In this document: one piece after another, positions 40,208 through 50,624 of the stretch
Position numbering within the stretch: the stretch's first letter is position 1
Layout: every line of letters starts with the position of its first letter
Assembly (NCBI RefSeq): GCF_004353825.1
Contig: NZ_SMNA01000002.1
Coordinates: 124,001 to 188,000, forward strand
DNA: 64,000 nt
Direction of reading: 5' to 3'
Source of the DNA: Occultella glacieicola
GTDB lineage: Bacteria; Actinomycetota; Actinomycetes; Actinomycetales; Beutenbergiaceae
Translations under genes and position numbers: made by a program
Notes under the pieces: generated by a model
Databases searched by the model: none
What the model was told of the DNA's origin: nothing
The model's input: only the letters and a program-made list of their open reading frames with translations

Positions 40208-40588
40208 TCAGACGGAGATTCCGGTGACGGGGCTGCCGATCGCCACGAACAGGGCCAGTGCGAGGTAGAACAGGTTCACGATCATGTGCTTGGGATCGCG
40301 CAGCCGAACGTGCAGGATGGCGGCGCCGCTCATGATCACCGCGATCCCGAGCGCGGCGACCGGCACCAGGATCGGCGCCGTGCCCGTCACACCGGGCAGG
40401 ATCAGGCCGAGGGCACCGAGGACCTCGAAGGCCCCGATGGTCTTGACCAGGCGCGGGTCGACGTGGCTGACCCAACCCGACAGTGGAGCGTTCTTCAGCT
40501 TGTCGTAGGGGATGAGGAGCTTGTTGGCGCCGGCGAACAGGAACAGGAGAGCAAGCAGTCCGGCGACGATCCAGAGGGCGAGGTCCAT
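40208..40588 (-). CDS. DoxX family membrane protein
   Basis: LWIVAGLLALLFLFAGANKL, IGAFEVLGALGLILP, MSGAAILH. Confidence 0.9.
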   Translation of the reverse strand: MDLALWIVAGLLALLFLFAGANKLLIPYDKLKNAPLSGWVSHVDPRLVKTIGAFEVLGALGLILPGVTGTAPILVPVAALGIAVIMSGAAILHVRLRDPKHMIVNLFYLALALFVAIGSPVTGISV

Positions 40589-40639
40589 GAAACTCCAGTC
40601 AGTGCGGTCGGCGGGCCCCGATGGCCCGTGGACCCCACT

Positions 40640-40666
40640 GACCGAACGCGCGGCGCGGACCTGACA
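40640..40666 (-). promoter_or_regulatory. ECF41-like promoter TGTCAG-n17-GGTC upstream of doxX
   Basis: Minus strand reads TGTCAGgtccgcgccgcgcgttcGGTC. Confidence 0.5.
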
Positions 40667-40696
40667 ACTCGGTGGACCCGGCCGGTCGTGCCGTTC

Positions 40697-41272
40697 TCAG
40701 AACTGGCTGGAGCCACCCCGGGCGATCGTCACGCCGTGCCCGGTGCTGATCGAGACGCACGTGACGCCGTCGGTCTCGCTCGTGCAGAGGAAGTCCCCGA
40801 CGACCGTGCTGGCGCCGTAGGCGAGGTCCGGGAGGTCCGCGGGAGCCTCGGTCGGCACCTCGGCGCCGCAGATGGGATCGGCACGCTCGGCGGTGACTTG
40901 CCAGAAGTGGCCGGCGATGGCCGGGTCGCAGTCCGCGACCTCCGGCGGGGTGAACGTGATGTCCCCGATCATGCAGGTGGCGTCGTCCTGCGCGATCTCG
41001 CACCAGATGTTGCGGCTCGGGGACGAGAACGCCGCGACGTCGAGCGCGTCCTCCGGAACCGTGACGGCGGGCGCCTGGGTCGTCGGCTCCTCGTCAGTCG
41101 TGCCGTCGCCGGACGCCTCGGTCGTCGCGCCGGCCGACGCGGTGCCACCGTCGTCACCGGCGTCTCCGCGCGGGTAGTTGACCAGCATCACGACGAGGAT
41201 CCCGATCAGGATGACGTCGACGACGATGAGCGTGATCGCCCAGGGCCCGAGCGCGCGTCTTCCCGCCATCAC
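40697..41272 (-). CDS. Membrane-anchored hypothetical protein with Cys-rich extracellular domain
   Basis: N-terminal TM helix, Ala/Thr/Pro linker, FSSPSRNIWC...C...LAYG...FLCTSETDGVTC. Confidence 0.7.
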   Translation of the reverse strand: MMAGRRALGPWAITLIVVDVILIGILVVMLVNYPRGDAGDDGGTASAGATTEASGDGTTDEEPTTQAPAVTVPEDALDVAAFSSPSRNIWCEIAQDDATCMIGDITFTPPEVADCDPAIAGHFWQVTAERADPICGAEVPTEAPADLPDLAYGASTVVGDFLCTSETDGVTCVSISTGHGVTIARGGSSQF

Positions 41273-41391
41273 TTCCTCCAGAACTGTCGCCGATGCCCGC
41301 GCGGACGCCCCGCGGGAACCCCCATACGGTACGCGGTCGGAACGGGTGTCCGCGATTCCCGGCCCGCCGTCGGGGTCCGGACGGCGCTATC

Positions 41392-42042
41392 TCAGTCGAA
41401 GATCGGGCCCTGGGTACGGGTCCGCTTGATCTCGAAGAAGCCGGGGTAGGCGGCGACCGCGACGACGCCGTCCCACAATCGGCCCGCCTCCTCGCCCTTG
41501 GGCGCGGGCGTGATCACCGGGCCGAAGAACGCGGTCCCGTTGAACGCCACCACGGGGGTACCGACATCCTCACCGACGAGCGAGATCCCCTCGGCGTGCG
41601 AGGCCCGCAGGGACTCGTCGAACTCGTCGGAGTCCTCGAAGCGGATCAGGTCGGCCGGCAGGCCGACCTCGGCCAGCGCCTCGACCAGCACGTTGTGCCG
41701 GTCGTTTCCGCGCCCACCCGGGTGGAAACGGGTTCCGATCGCGTCGTAGAGCGGCTTCACGACCTCGTCGCCGTGTAGTTCGCGGGCGGCGTTCACGACG
41801 CGGACCGGGCCCCAGGACCTGTCCAGCATCTCCCGGTAGCCGGGGTCGAGGTCGCGGTCCTCGTTCAGCACGGACAGGCTCATGATGTGCCAGCGCACGG
41901 TGATGTCGCGGACCTTCTCCACCTCACCGATCCAGCGGGACGTCATCCACGCCCAGGGGCAGGCCGGGTCGAACCAGAAGTCGGCAACGTCCTTCCCGGT
42001 CTCGCGGGCGGTGCTGATGGCGGTCTCGGTTGCGGTGCTCAC
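41392..42042 (-). CDS. Mycothiol-dependent oxidoreductase, Rv2466c/DsbA-like family
   Basis: [36 protein letters not shown]; divergent from pepN as in other actinobacteria. Confidence 0.92.
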   Translation of the reverse strand: MSTATETAISTARETGKDVADFWFDPACPWAWMTSRWIGEVEKVRDITVRWHIMSLSVLNEDRDLDPGYREMLDRSWGPVRVVNAARELHGDEVVKPLYDAIGTRFHPGGRGNDRHNVLVEALAEVGLPADLIRFEDSDEFDESLRASHAEGISLVGEDVGTPVVAFNGTAFFGPVITPAPKGEEAGRLWDGVVAVAAYPGFFEIKRTRTQGPIFD

Positions 42043-42090
42043 TGGTTCTCCTAAGGGCGGGTACGCGGTGCCGTTCTCGACGTCAGCGCC

Positions 42091-42116
42091 AACACCGGAC
42101 CCCGGCGGGGCATTCC
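42091..42116 (-). promoter_or_regulatory. SigH/SigR promoter GGAAT-n18-GTT
   Basis: Minus strand reads GGAATgccccgccggggtccggtGTT, upstream of the Rv2466c-like gene. Confidence 0.8.
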
Positions 42117-42230
42117 GGGCCGCGGTTATCGGTTTCCGGCGGGACGGGCCGAGGTGGCAGGATCACCCCACGGCCCACCGGCCACCATCACCGTCGATAC
42201 CACCAGCTCGTCGATCAAGGAGTCACGTCC

Positions 42231-44807
42231 GTGCCCGGAGAGAACCTCACCCGCGTCGAGGCCCAGGAGCGCGCCGCGCTGCTGAGCGTGTCCAGCTACG
42301 AGGTCGAGATCGACCTCACCCGTGGCCCGGAGGTGTTCGGCTCCACCACGACCGTGCGCTTCGGTGCCTCCGAGGGCGCGTCCACGTTCATCGACCTGAT
42401 CGCCCCCACGGTCCACGAGGTGGTGCTCAACGGTGCGCCGCTGGACCCGGCCGAGGTGTTCGCCGACTCCCGCATCGCCCTGGCCGGCCTGGCCTCCGAG
42501 AACGAGCTGCGTGTCGTCGCCGACGGCGCCTACATGAACACCGGTGAGGGCCTGCACCGGTTCGTCGACCCCGTGGACGACGCCGTCTACCTCTACACGC
42601 AGTTCGAGGTCGCCGACACCCGGCGCATGTTCGCCGTGTTCGAGCAGCCCGACCTCAAGGCGACCTTCCAGTTCACGGTGACGGCGCCGTCGGGCTGGCA
42701 GGTGGTCTCCAACTCCCCGACCCCCACCTCCACCCCCAATGGCGACGGCGACGGCGCCGTCTGGGCGTTCGCGCCGACCGGGCTGCTCCCGTGCTACGTC
42801 ACCGCCCTCGTGGCGGGCCCCTACCACCGGGTCGACGGCGACCTCACCTCGAGCGACGGCCGCGCCGTTCCCCTGGGTGTCCTGTGCCGCGCCTCGCTGG
42901 CGCAGTACCTGGACGCCGAGAACATCATGGACGTCACCCGGGCCGGGTTCGAGTTCTACGAGAACGCGTTCGGGGTGCCGTACCCGTTCGAGAAGTACGA
43001 CCAGCTGTTCGTGCCCGAGTTCAACGCCGGCGCGATGGAGAACGCCGGGGCGGTCACGTTCGTGGAGACGTACGTGTTCCGCTCGAAGGTGCCCGAGGCG
43101 ACCGTCGAGCGGCGCGCTGTCACGATCCTGCACGAGCTCGCGCACATGTGGTTCGGCGACCTGGTCACGATGCGCTGGTGGAACGACCTCTGGCTGAACG
43201 AGTCGTTCGCCGAGTACGCCTCGACGCTGGCCACGGCCGAGGCGACCCGGTGGACGCAGGCCTGGACCACGTTCTCCTCGCTCGAGAAGTCGTGGGCGTA
43301 CCGCCAGGACCAGCTGCCGTCCACGCACCCGATCGTCGCCGAGATCAACGACCTCGAGGACGTCGAGGTGAACTTCGACGGCATCACCTATGCCAAGGGC
43401 GCGTCCGTGCTCAAGCAGCTCGTGGCCTGGGTCGGTCAGGACGACTTCCTGGCCGGGGTCCGCGAGTACTTCACGAAGCACGCCCGGTCCAACACCGAAC
43501 TGCGGGACCTGCTGACCGAGCTCGAGGCCACGAGCGGCCGGGACCTGACCGCGTGGTCGAAGGTGTGGCTCGAGGAGGCCGGCGTCACCCTGCTGCGCCC
43601 CGAGCTCGAGGTGGACTCCCAGGGCCGGATCACCTCGTTCACGATCACCCAGGAGGCACCGGAGACGAACCCGGTGCTGCGGCCGCACCGGATCGCCGTC
43701 GGTGGGTACGACGTCGACGCCGACGGCGCGCTCGTACGCACCCACCGCGTCGAGCTCGACATCGATGGCGCGGCCACGCCCGTGCCGGACTTCGTGGGCA
43801 TCGACAGGCCGCAACTGATCCTGGTCAACGACGACGACCTCGCCTACGCGAAGGTCCGCCTCGACGAGGACTCCCTGGCCACGGCCGTGGAGCACCTGCG
43901 CGACTTCACCGAGTCGCTGCCGCGCAGCCTGGTCCTCGCGGCCGCGTGGGACATGACCCGCGACGGCGAATGGCCGGCGAGCCGGTTCATCGACCTGGTC
44001 ACGGCGAATATCGGCGCTGAGACGGACTCCACCGTGGTGCTGGTGCTGCTGCGTCAGCTCGCCACGTGTGTCGAGTTCTACACCGACCCCGCCGCCCGGG
44101 AGCAGGTGGCCGCCGAGGTCGCCGAGGCGCTCTGGTCGCTCGCCGGTGCCGCCGCGCCCGGCTCCGACTCACAGTTGCAGTTCGTGAAGGCCTTCGCGGC
44201 GCGCGCATCCACGACTGCGCAGGTGGACGCGCTGCGCGGACTGCTCGCCGGTGACGTCACCCTGGACGGACTTGCGGTGGACACCGACCTGCGCTGGAAC
44301 CTGCTGAACGGCCTCGCCGCCGGCGGCGGCGCGGGTGAGCCGGAAATCGCCGCCGAACTCGACCGGGACTCGACGGCGGCCGGTCAGCGGGCCGCTGCCG
44401 CGGCCCGGGCGTCGATCCCGACGGCGCAGGCCAAGGAGGCCGCCTGGGCGGCGGTCGTCGACGGCGCTGAGCTCCCGAACGCCGTGCAGGCTGCGGTCAT
44501 CCAGGGCTTCGGCCGGGCGCACGACCGGGCCCTGCTCGCCGCGTTCCCGGACCGCTACTTCGACAGCCTGGAGAAGGTCTGGTCCGAGCGCACGAACGAG
44601 ATCGCGCAGAACATCGTGGTGGGCCTCTACCCGGCGCAGCTCGCGGACATCGACACCTCCACCGGGGTGGACGTGCTCGCCCGCACCGACGAGTTCCTCA
44701 CCCGGCTCGGCGAGCGCACGCCGTCGTTGCGCCGGCTCGTGGTGGAGTCCCGGGACTCGGTGCGCCGCGCGCTGGCGGCCCAGGCGGTCGACCGCGCCGC
44801 TCGCTGA
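42231..44807 (+). CDS. pepN: Aminopeptidase N (M1 family)
   Basis: MPGENLTRVEAQERA, GAMEN, HELAHMWFGDLVTM...LNESFA, ITYAKG; RBS AAGGAG. Confidence 0.96.
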   Translation: MPGENLTRVEAQERAALLSVSSYEVEIDLTRGPEVFGSTTTVRFGASEGASTFIDLIAPTVHEVVLNGAPLDPAEVFADSRIALAGLASENELRVVADGAYMNTGEGLHRFVDPVDDAVYLYTQFEVADTRRMFAVFEQPDLKATFQFTVTAPSGWQVVSNSPTPTSTPNGDGDGAVWAFAPTGLLPCYVTALVAGPYHRVDGDLTSSDGRAVPLGVLCRASLAQYLDAENIMDVTRAGFEFYENAFGVPYPFEKYDQLFVPEFNAGAMENAGAVTFVETYVFRSKVPEATVERRAVTILHELAHMWFGDLVTMRWWNDLWLNESFAEYASTLATAEATRWTQAWTTFSSLEKSWAYRQDQLPSTHPIVAEINDLEDVEVNFDGITYAKGASVLKQLVAWVGQDDFLAGVREYFTKHARSNTELRDLLTELEATSGRDLTAWSKVWLEEAGVTLLRPELEVDSQGRITSFTITQEAPETNPVLRPHRIAVGGYDVDADGALVRTHRVELDIDGAATPVPDFVGIDRPQLILVNDDDLAYAKVRLDEDSLATAVEHLRDFTESLPRSLVLAAAWDMTRDGEWPASRFIDLVTANIGAETDSTVVLVLLRQLATCVEFYTDPAAREQVAAEVAEALWSLAGAAAPGSDSQLQFVKAFAARASTTAQVDALRGLLAGDVTLDGLAVDTDLRWNLLNGLAAGGGAGEPEIAAELDRDSTAAGQRAAAAARASIPTAQAKEAAWAAVVDGAELPNAVQAAVIQGFGRAHDRALLAAFPDRYFDSLEKVWSERTNEIAQNIVVGLYPAQLADIDTSTGVDVLARTDEFLTRLGERTPSLRRLVVESRDSVRRALAAQAVDRAAR

Positions 44808-44906
44808 GGCCGACCGCCTTGGAGCCACGGCCCGGTGTGGTACGCCCGGATCGGTCGTGGTGAAACTCCGGTGCGCCGGTGAACCGGGAGTCCTAGGGTG
44901 CCCGGG

Positions 44907-45830
44907 ATGGATCTCTCGGAACTCGGCGCGCCGCTCGGGCCGATGACCCGCATCCATGGCGGGTTCGCCAACCGGATGTTTCGGCTCGACACCGATCAAG
45001 GATCGTTCGCCCTCAAGCAGCTCAACGTGGTCGACCGTCGCTGGAGCTACCGGGTCGCCGACGTGTTCAGGTTCGAGCAGGCTGCCTTCGCCGCCGGCGT
45101 CCCCATGCCGGAGCCGATCTCGGCCGAGCACGACATGCTCGTCCACCGGTGGGTCGATGGCGAGAAGCTGCCCGAGGCGCCGGTCTCGGTGGCGCAGGCG
45201 TCGGAGGTCGGTGCGATCCTCGCGCGCATCCACGCGCTCGACGTCGAGTGGACCGACACCTCGATCGAGGAACCGACGCCTCGGGACTGGCCCGAGCTCG
45301 CCGAGCGGGCGACGGCGACCGGAGTGCCGTGGGCCGATGATCTCACTGCCCACGTCGAGACGTTCCTCGCCATTGCCGACTTCGTCGACACCTGCGAGCG
45401 GCCAGGACCAGTGGTGCTGACCCACAAGGACATCCAACCGTGGAACCTGCTCTCCCGAGCCGGGCGTCCGGTTCTCCTCGACTGGGAGCTCTCGGGAATG
45501 CTCGACCTGGCTGGTGAGCTCGGCTCGACCGCCCTGGGGCTCGCGAAGGGCCCGGGCTTCGAGAGCATCGAGCCCACCATCGTCCGCTCGCTCCTCGACG
45601 GCTACGCCGCCGCGGGCGGCCAGGTGCCGCCGTCAGGCCCGGGGTGGTTCGCGTTCATGATCGGCGGCTGGCTCGGACACACGAGGTGGAACATCCTCCG
45701 CTGCCTCGCCGACGTCGAGGCGGACAGGGGACCCGACCTGGGGCTGTCGCACGAGATCGTCCGCAACGGTGTGCGCGGCCTCCCGGACATGTTCGGGCGC
45801 CTTGACGAGCTCGAGGCGCTGCTCCCATGA
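44907..45830 (+). CDS. Aminoglycoside phosphotransferase/kinase-like family protein
   Basis: GGFANRMFRL, ALK, HKDIQPWN catalytic loop, LLDWE; alternative start GTG at 44898. Confidence 0.82.
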   Translation: MDLSELGAPLGPMTRIHGGFANRMFRLDTDQGSFALKQLNVVDRRWSYRVADVFRFEQAAFAAGVPMPEPISAEHDMLVHRWVDGEKLPEAPVSVAQASEVGAILARIHALDVEWTDTSIEEPTPRDWPELAERATATGVPWADDLTAHVETFLAIADFVDTCERPGPVVLTHKDIQPWNLLSRAGRPVLLDWELSGMLDLAGELGSTALGLAKGPGFESIEPTIVRSLLDGYAAAGGQVPPSGPGWFAFMIGGWLGHTRWNILRCLADVEADRGPDLGLSHEIVRNGVRGLPDMFGRLDELEALLP

Positions 45831-45927
45831 CGGTGCCCGGTCGACGGCGCAGACCAACTCCTCCGGGATCGCGGCATCTGTCGCATAGTGGGGGCACGCC
45901 ATCCGTCCGCGAGCAGAAGGAACTGTC

Positions 45928-46770
45928 ATGACTCGCCACCGCCCGTTCGCACAGGTCAACGTCTTCTCGCCCGAGCCGTACCTGGGCAACCCCCTGGCCG
46001 TGATCCAGGACGCGGACGACCTCGAGACCGAGCAGATGCAGCGCATCGCCCGGTGGACCAACCTGTCCGAGACGGTGTTCCTGCTCACTCCCACAGCCGC
46101 GGAGGCCGACTACCGGGTGCGGATCTTCACCCCCGGCGGAGAACTGCCCTTCGCCGGCCACCCGACGCTCGGCTCGGCGCACGCCTGGCTCGAACACCGC
46201 GGCGCCCGCCGTGATCGGCACGTCGTGGTCCAGGAGTGCGGCGCCGGCCTCATCGAGGTGCGCCGCGACGGTGACCTGCTCTCCTTCGCGGCCCCGCCGA
46301 CCCTGCGCAGCGGCAGCCTCGACGAGCCATATCTGACCCGGATCGTGGCCGCGTTCGGCATCGAGCGCGCTCGGGTCATCGCTCACCAGTGGATCGACAA
46401 CGGTCCCGGCTGGGCCGTGCTCCGTCTCGCCACCGCCCAGGAGGTCCTCGACCTCGACCCCGACCTGTCCCTGATCCCGGAGGCGATGATCGGCGCGCTC
46501 GGTGCGTACCCGCCCGGTTCGGAGCACGCCTACGAGCTGCGTAGCTTCGCACCCGGCGTGGGCGTGGCCGAGGACCCGGTCTGCGGGTCGATGATCGCGT
46601 CTGTGGGCCAGTGGCTCGCCCGCACCGGCGAGGTGGTCGACGGTTACCGCGTCTCCCAGGGTGGCAGGCTCGACCGGGCCGGAGACATCACCGTCACCAT
46701 CGACACGCACGGGTCCGTGTGGGTCGGCGGGCGGACACAGACGCTGTTCAGCGGGACCGCGCTCGCCTGA
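45928..46770 (+). CDS. PhzF family epimerase/isomerase
   Basis: GNPLAV, NLSETVF, RIFTPGGELPFAGHPTLG, EDPVCGS, WVGG. Confidence 0.92.
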   Translation: MTRHRPFAQVNVFSPEPYLGNPLAVIQDADDLETEQMQRIARWTNLSETVFLLTPTAAEADYRVRIFTPGGELPFAGHPTLGSAHAWLEHRGARRDRHVVVQECGAGLIEVRRDGDLLSFAAPPTLRSGSLDEPYLTRIVAAFGIERARVIAHQWIDNGPGWAVLRLATAQEVLDLDPDLSLIPEAMIGALGAYPPGSEHAYELRSFAPGVGVAEDPVCGSMIASVGQWLARTGEVVDGYRVSQGGRLDRAGDITVTIDTHGSVWVGGRTQTLFSGTALA

Positions 46771-47842
46771 TGGTCACCGGGGCCCGCAGCTCCTCGTTCC
46801 CGAGGTTGCGCCGGAAGAAGTCGACCATGACCGGGGCGTACCGGGCGAACGGCGGGCAGGCCAGTCCGTTACGGCCAAGGTGCCGGGTGGCCTCCGTGGT
46901 GTCGTAACGCACCGGGTGCCGAAGGAACACCAGCGATTCGTAGGGCGTGCCGCCGAGGTAGCGGCGCACCGGTCCCAGGCCGAGGGCGGCCCGCATCAGG
47001 GCGTCGGGGATGGCGGGGCCGCGAGGATCCTTGCCGGTGAGCTCGCGGGAGAGCACGCGCACGAACTCCGCCGTGGTCAACGGGTCCGGGTCGGCCAGGT
47101 GCAGCGTGGCACCGACGGTGAGCGGGTCGTACGAACACGCGACGATCGCGTCCACGACGAAGTCGACCGGCACGGCGTTGAAGGTGGCCGCCCCGCTGCC
47201 CATGGATCCGACGGTCAGGCCGAACCGGTTCATCCGGTGGATGAACCAGAGGATGAAGTACGGGCCGTCGAAGCGCTGGGTCTGTCCGGTGCGGGAGTCT
47301 CCGACCACGATGCCGGGCCGGTGGATCGTGGCCGGGACCTCCCCCATCGAGTCCCGGACGAGCACCTCCGCGGCGAACTTCGTGGCCTCGTAGTGGTTCT
47401 TGAAGCCCTGGCCCTCGTCGAGCTCGGACTCGAGGACCACCCCGGTCCGTTCGCCACCGACGTAGCAGGTGGAGACGTAGTGGAGGCGCTCCAGGTGGGC
47501 GCTGCCGCGGCAGAGGTCGAGGACGTTCCGGGTGCCCGCGATGTTGACCCGGGCGGCGATCGACTCCGGGACCGCCAGGTCGTAGACGGCGGCCAGGTGG
47601 TAGACCCGGACCACCGTGGTGGCGAGGTCGCGGTAGGTGTCCTCGTCGAGCCCGAGCCGCGGTTCGGTGATGTCGCCCTCGAGCAGACGGACCCGGTCGC
47701 CGAGATCGGCCGCCGCCGCCCGGGCGCGCTGCACCATCCGCGGCTCGACGAGGACGTCGAGCACGACGTCGGCGTCGGCGAGCAGGGCACGGACGAGCCG
47801 GGTTCCGATGAACCCCGGGAACCCCGTGAGCAGGCACCGCAC
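46748..47842 (-). CDS. Extended SDR oxidoreductase (fatty acyl-CoA/thioester reductase-like, NAD_binding_4)
   Basis: LTGFPGFIG, GDITEPRLGL, HLAAVYD, YVSTCYV, NHYEATK, RPGIVVGDS. Confidence 0.85.
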   Translation of the reverse strand: MRCLLTGFPGFIGTRLVRALLADADVVLDVLVEPRMVQRARAAAADLGDRVRLLEGDITEPRLGLDEDTYRDLATTVVRVYHLAAVYDLAVPESIAARVNIAGTRNVLDLCRGSAHLERLHYVSTCYVGGERTGVVLESELDEGQGFKNHYEATKFAAEVLVRDSMGEVPATIHRPGIVVGDSRTGQTQRFDGPYFILWFIHRMNRFGLTVGSMGSGAATFNAVPVDFVVDAIVACSYDPLTVGATLHLADPDPLTTAEFVRVLSRELTGKDPRGPAIPDALMRAALGLGPVRRYLGGTPYESLVFLRHPVRYDTTEATRHLGRNGLACPPFARYAPVMVDFFRRNLGNEELRAPVTIRRARSR

Positions 47843-47848
47843 GGCGCG

Positions 47849-48331
47849 TCAGGACCAGTCGAAGAGCGGGTCCCCGGCGTCGAGCACCTCACCGATGTCC
47901 GGGCGGATGCTGAGGGCCGCGGCCGTGGTGTCCAGGGCGATGACCGGACAGATCGGGCTGCGCCCGCCGTCGACCACGGCTTGCGGGGACCAGGTGGTGA
48001 CCAGCTGTCCCGCGGTGACCTGCGCACCCTCGTGGACGTGCACCGTGAAGCCGTCGCCGGCGAGCTGGACCGTGTCGATGCCCAGGTGCACGAGCACACC
48101 GTGACCGGCTCCGTCGGCAACCACGAACGCGTGCGGATGCACCTTGACGAGGGTCCCGCTGATCGGGGCGATGACCTCGACCTCCCCCTCACGGTGCGGG
48201 TCGATCGCGATCCCGGGGCCGACGATCGCGTCGGCGAAGACCGGGTCGGGCACCTCAGCCAGGGGAAGTGCTCGACCCGGTAGCGGGGCGAGGACTCCTA
48301 CGGTCCCTCCGTTCGGACCCGCGGCAGCCAT
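47849..48331 (-). CDS. crr: PTS glucose-family EIIA component
   Basis: LAEVPDPVFA...VGPGIAIDP...HAF...VLVHLGIDTVQLAGDGF. Confidence 0.9.
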   Translation of the reverse strand: MAAAGPNGGTVGVLAPLPGRALPLAEVPDPVFADAIVGPGIAIDPHREGEVEVIAPISGTLVKVHPHAFVVADGAGHGVLVHLGIDTVQLAGDGFTVHVHEGAQVTAGQLVTTWSPQAVVDGGRSPICPVIALDTTAAALSIRPDIGEVLDAGDPLFDWS

Positions 48332-48335
48332 GGCC

Positions 48336-50483
48336 TCAGGCCCGCTCGCGGAGTTCCTGCGTCAGCGCCGCGACGAGCGAGGCGAACCGGGCGTTGCCGG
48401 GCAGGTCGTCGACGAGCACGACCTTCTCGCCGCCGTCGGCCAACGGCACTTTCCAGTTCGGGTACTCGGTGTCCGTGCCGGGCTGGTTCTGGGCGCGTCG
48501 CTCCCCGACCGCGTCCGCGAGGCCGACCCCGATCAGCACCGACGGCGTCTGCGCGACGTAGCGGTGCAGCGCCTCCACGATCTGTCGTTCGGTGGGGTCC
48601 TCGGGGAGCAGGTACCGGTGCCGCAGCGCCTCGAGCATCCGCTCCCTCTCGACCTGGGCGGCCAGACGCACGGTGGCGACCGGCTCGGTCAGCAGTCCGA
48701 GGCGGTTCCGCAGGTCCACATGCTCCTCGGCGAGGTATCCGGCGGTCGGCGGAAGGTCGTGGGTGGTCACCGTCGAGAGCACCAGGGAGCGGTACTTCTC
48801 CGGCGGGAGCGGTCGGTCGTTCTCGCGTTCGAACCAGAGCACGGAGGTGCCGAGGATGCCCCGGTCGCGCAGGTAGTCACGGACCCACGGCTCCACGGTG
48901 CCGAGGTCCTCGCCGATGACGATCGCGCCGGCCCGGTGTGCCTCGAGGGCGAGCACACCGATGGTCGCCTCGTGGTCGTAGCGCACATAGGTGCCCTGGT
49001 CCGCACCTGCGCCGCGCGGGATCCACCAGAGCCGGAAGAGGCCGATGATGTGATCGACGCGGAGCGCGCCCGCGTGCCGCAGGACGGTCCGCACCATGTC
49101 CCGGATCGGGGCGTAGGCCTGTTCGGCCAGGGCGTCCGGGCGCAGCGGTGGCTGGGACCAGTCCTGGCCCTGCTGGTTGTACATGTCCGGCGGGGCCCCG
49201 ACGCTGATCCCCTGCGCCAGCACCTCGCGCATCGACCAGGCGTCGGCGCCCTCCGGGTGCACCCCGACCGCGAGGTCGTGCATCACGCCGATCCGCATGC
49301 CGGAGGCGCGCGCCACTTCCTGGGCGTGCCGCAGCTGGGAGTCGGCGACCCATTGCAGCCAGCAGTGGAAGTCGACCCGTTCGGACAGCTCGCGCCGCAG
49401 GGCCAGGATCTGCCCCGCGTTGCCTCGCTCGACCGGGAGCGGCCAGTCGGTGGCGTCGTACTTCTCGGCGACCGCGCACCAGAGCGCGAAGTCCTCGAGG
49501 CCCTGGCCCTGGTCCCGCCGGAACCGTTCGAACTCCCGCTGCCGCGAGCGGGCTCGTCCGGACGCGTAGATCGTCTCCAGGGCGGGCTTCTTCACGTCCC
49601 AGACGGCGTTCCGGTCCAGCGGCCCCGGATCGGTGTTCGTCTCCCGGATCTCCTCGATGCCCCACTCCAGCAGGGTCCGCTGGGAGTTGGGCAGGTACGC
49701 GACCTCGGGGATGTCCTCCGGCCGGATGTAGATCGGGTTGACGAAGCGGCGGGTGGCCGGCAGATACGGCGAGGGCGTCATCGGCGTGCCCGGCTCGGCC
49801 GCGTGGAGTGGGTTGATGAGCAGGAAGTCCGCACCCAGCTCGCCACTCAGGGACGTCAGCTCGGTGAGGTCGGCGAGGTCGCCGATCCCCCACGACCGCT
49901 CCGACCGGACCGAGTAGAGCTGAGCCATCAGCCCCCAGGCACGGTGACCGAGTTCGGCGCGCAGCTCCGGCACCTCGAGTACCGCCGGGGTGACCGCGAG
50001 TGCGGTCCGGACCTCGTCGCCCGACCCCACAGCCGCGACGAGCGTGTGCCAGCCGAGCGGGAGGTCCGTGGGCAGCAGGAACGTGGCCCGGCCGAGCGTT
50101 CGCCCGTCGACGAGTCGCGGCTCCACCCACTCGTCGACCTGCTCCAGCTGGCGCGTTCCGCCGCCCTCCAGGTCCACCCGCAGGTGCACCGTCTCACCGT
50201 CGGGAACGTGGACCGGGACCCGGGACTCGATGCCCGCTGTCACCACCACGCTCGGCGGCAGCACCCGCCGCCACGGTCCGACCTCAGAGGCGGCGAGGGA
50301 GCGCTCGACCTCGAACGGGTTGCCGGCCGGTACGTCCATCGCGGCGAGTACCGCGACGATGGTCCCGGCGCTGACCGCGCGGTGGTTCCCGTGGAAGTCC
50401 CAGAACTCGGTGGCGACGCCGTGGGCGGCCGCGAGCGCCCGCAGGCCGTCGCTGAGGACGTCACTCTTGCCCTGATCGTTCAC
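48336..50483 (-). CDS. malQ: 4-alpha-glucanotransferase (GH77 amylomaltase)
   Basis: WGLMAQLYSVRS, SPYLP, HDLAVG, LRVDHIIG, GEDLGTV, TTHDLPP, QNQPGT; GTG start at 50483. Confidence 0.95.
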   Translation of the reverse strand: MNDQGKSDVLSDGLRALAAAHGVATEFWDFHGNHRAVSAGTIVAVLAAMDVPAGNPFEVERSLAASEVGPWRRVLPPSVVVTAGIESRVPVHVPDGETVHLRVDLEGGGTRQLEQVDEWVEPRLVDGRTLGRATFLLPTDLPLGWHTLVAAVGSGDEVRTALAVTPAVLEVPELRAELGHRAWGLMAQLYSVRSERSWGIGDLADLTELTSLSGELGADFLLINPLHAAEPGTPMTPSPYLPATRRFVNPIYIRPEDIPEVAYLPNSQRTLLEWGIEEIRETNTDPGPLDRNAVWDVKKPALETIYASGRARSRQREFERFRRDQGQGLEDFALWCAVAEKYDATDWPLPVERGNAGQILALRRELSERVDFHCWLQWVADSQLRHAQEVARASGMRIGVMHDLAVGVHPEGADAWSMREVLAQGISVGAPPDMYNQQGQDWSQPPLRPDALAEQAYAPIRDMVRTVLRHAGALRVDHIIGLFRLWWIPRGAGADQGTYVRYDHEATIGVLALEAHRAGAIVIGEDLGTVEPWVRDYLRDRGILGTSVLWFERENDRPLPPEKYRSLVLSTVTTHDLPPTAGYLAEEHVDLRNRLGLLTEPVATVRLAAQVERERMLEALRHRYLLPEDPTERQIVEALHRYVAQTPSVLIGVGLADAVGERRAQNQPGTDTEYPNWKVPLADGGEKVVLVDDLPGNARFASLVAALTQELRERA

Positions 50484-50624
50484 GTGAGGTCCAGGCTCCT
50501 GCGTCGGCGCGGATGGTGTGCGAATGATGTCTGTACGACTCCTGCACCGATCTTGCCAGAGCGTGCGGCATTCGTCCGCGTGGCAACGCCCGGACGGACC
50601 GCTCCCACGGTGAGCGCGTGACCG

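Noticed and set aside
44907..47842. Kinase + PhzF + thioester-reductase-like genes as a secondary-metabolite cluster
   Set aside because: No NRPS, PKS, carrier protein or phenazine core genes. The SDR is convergent and linked to crr instead.
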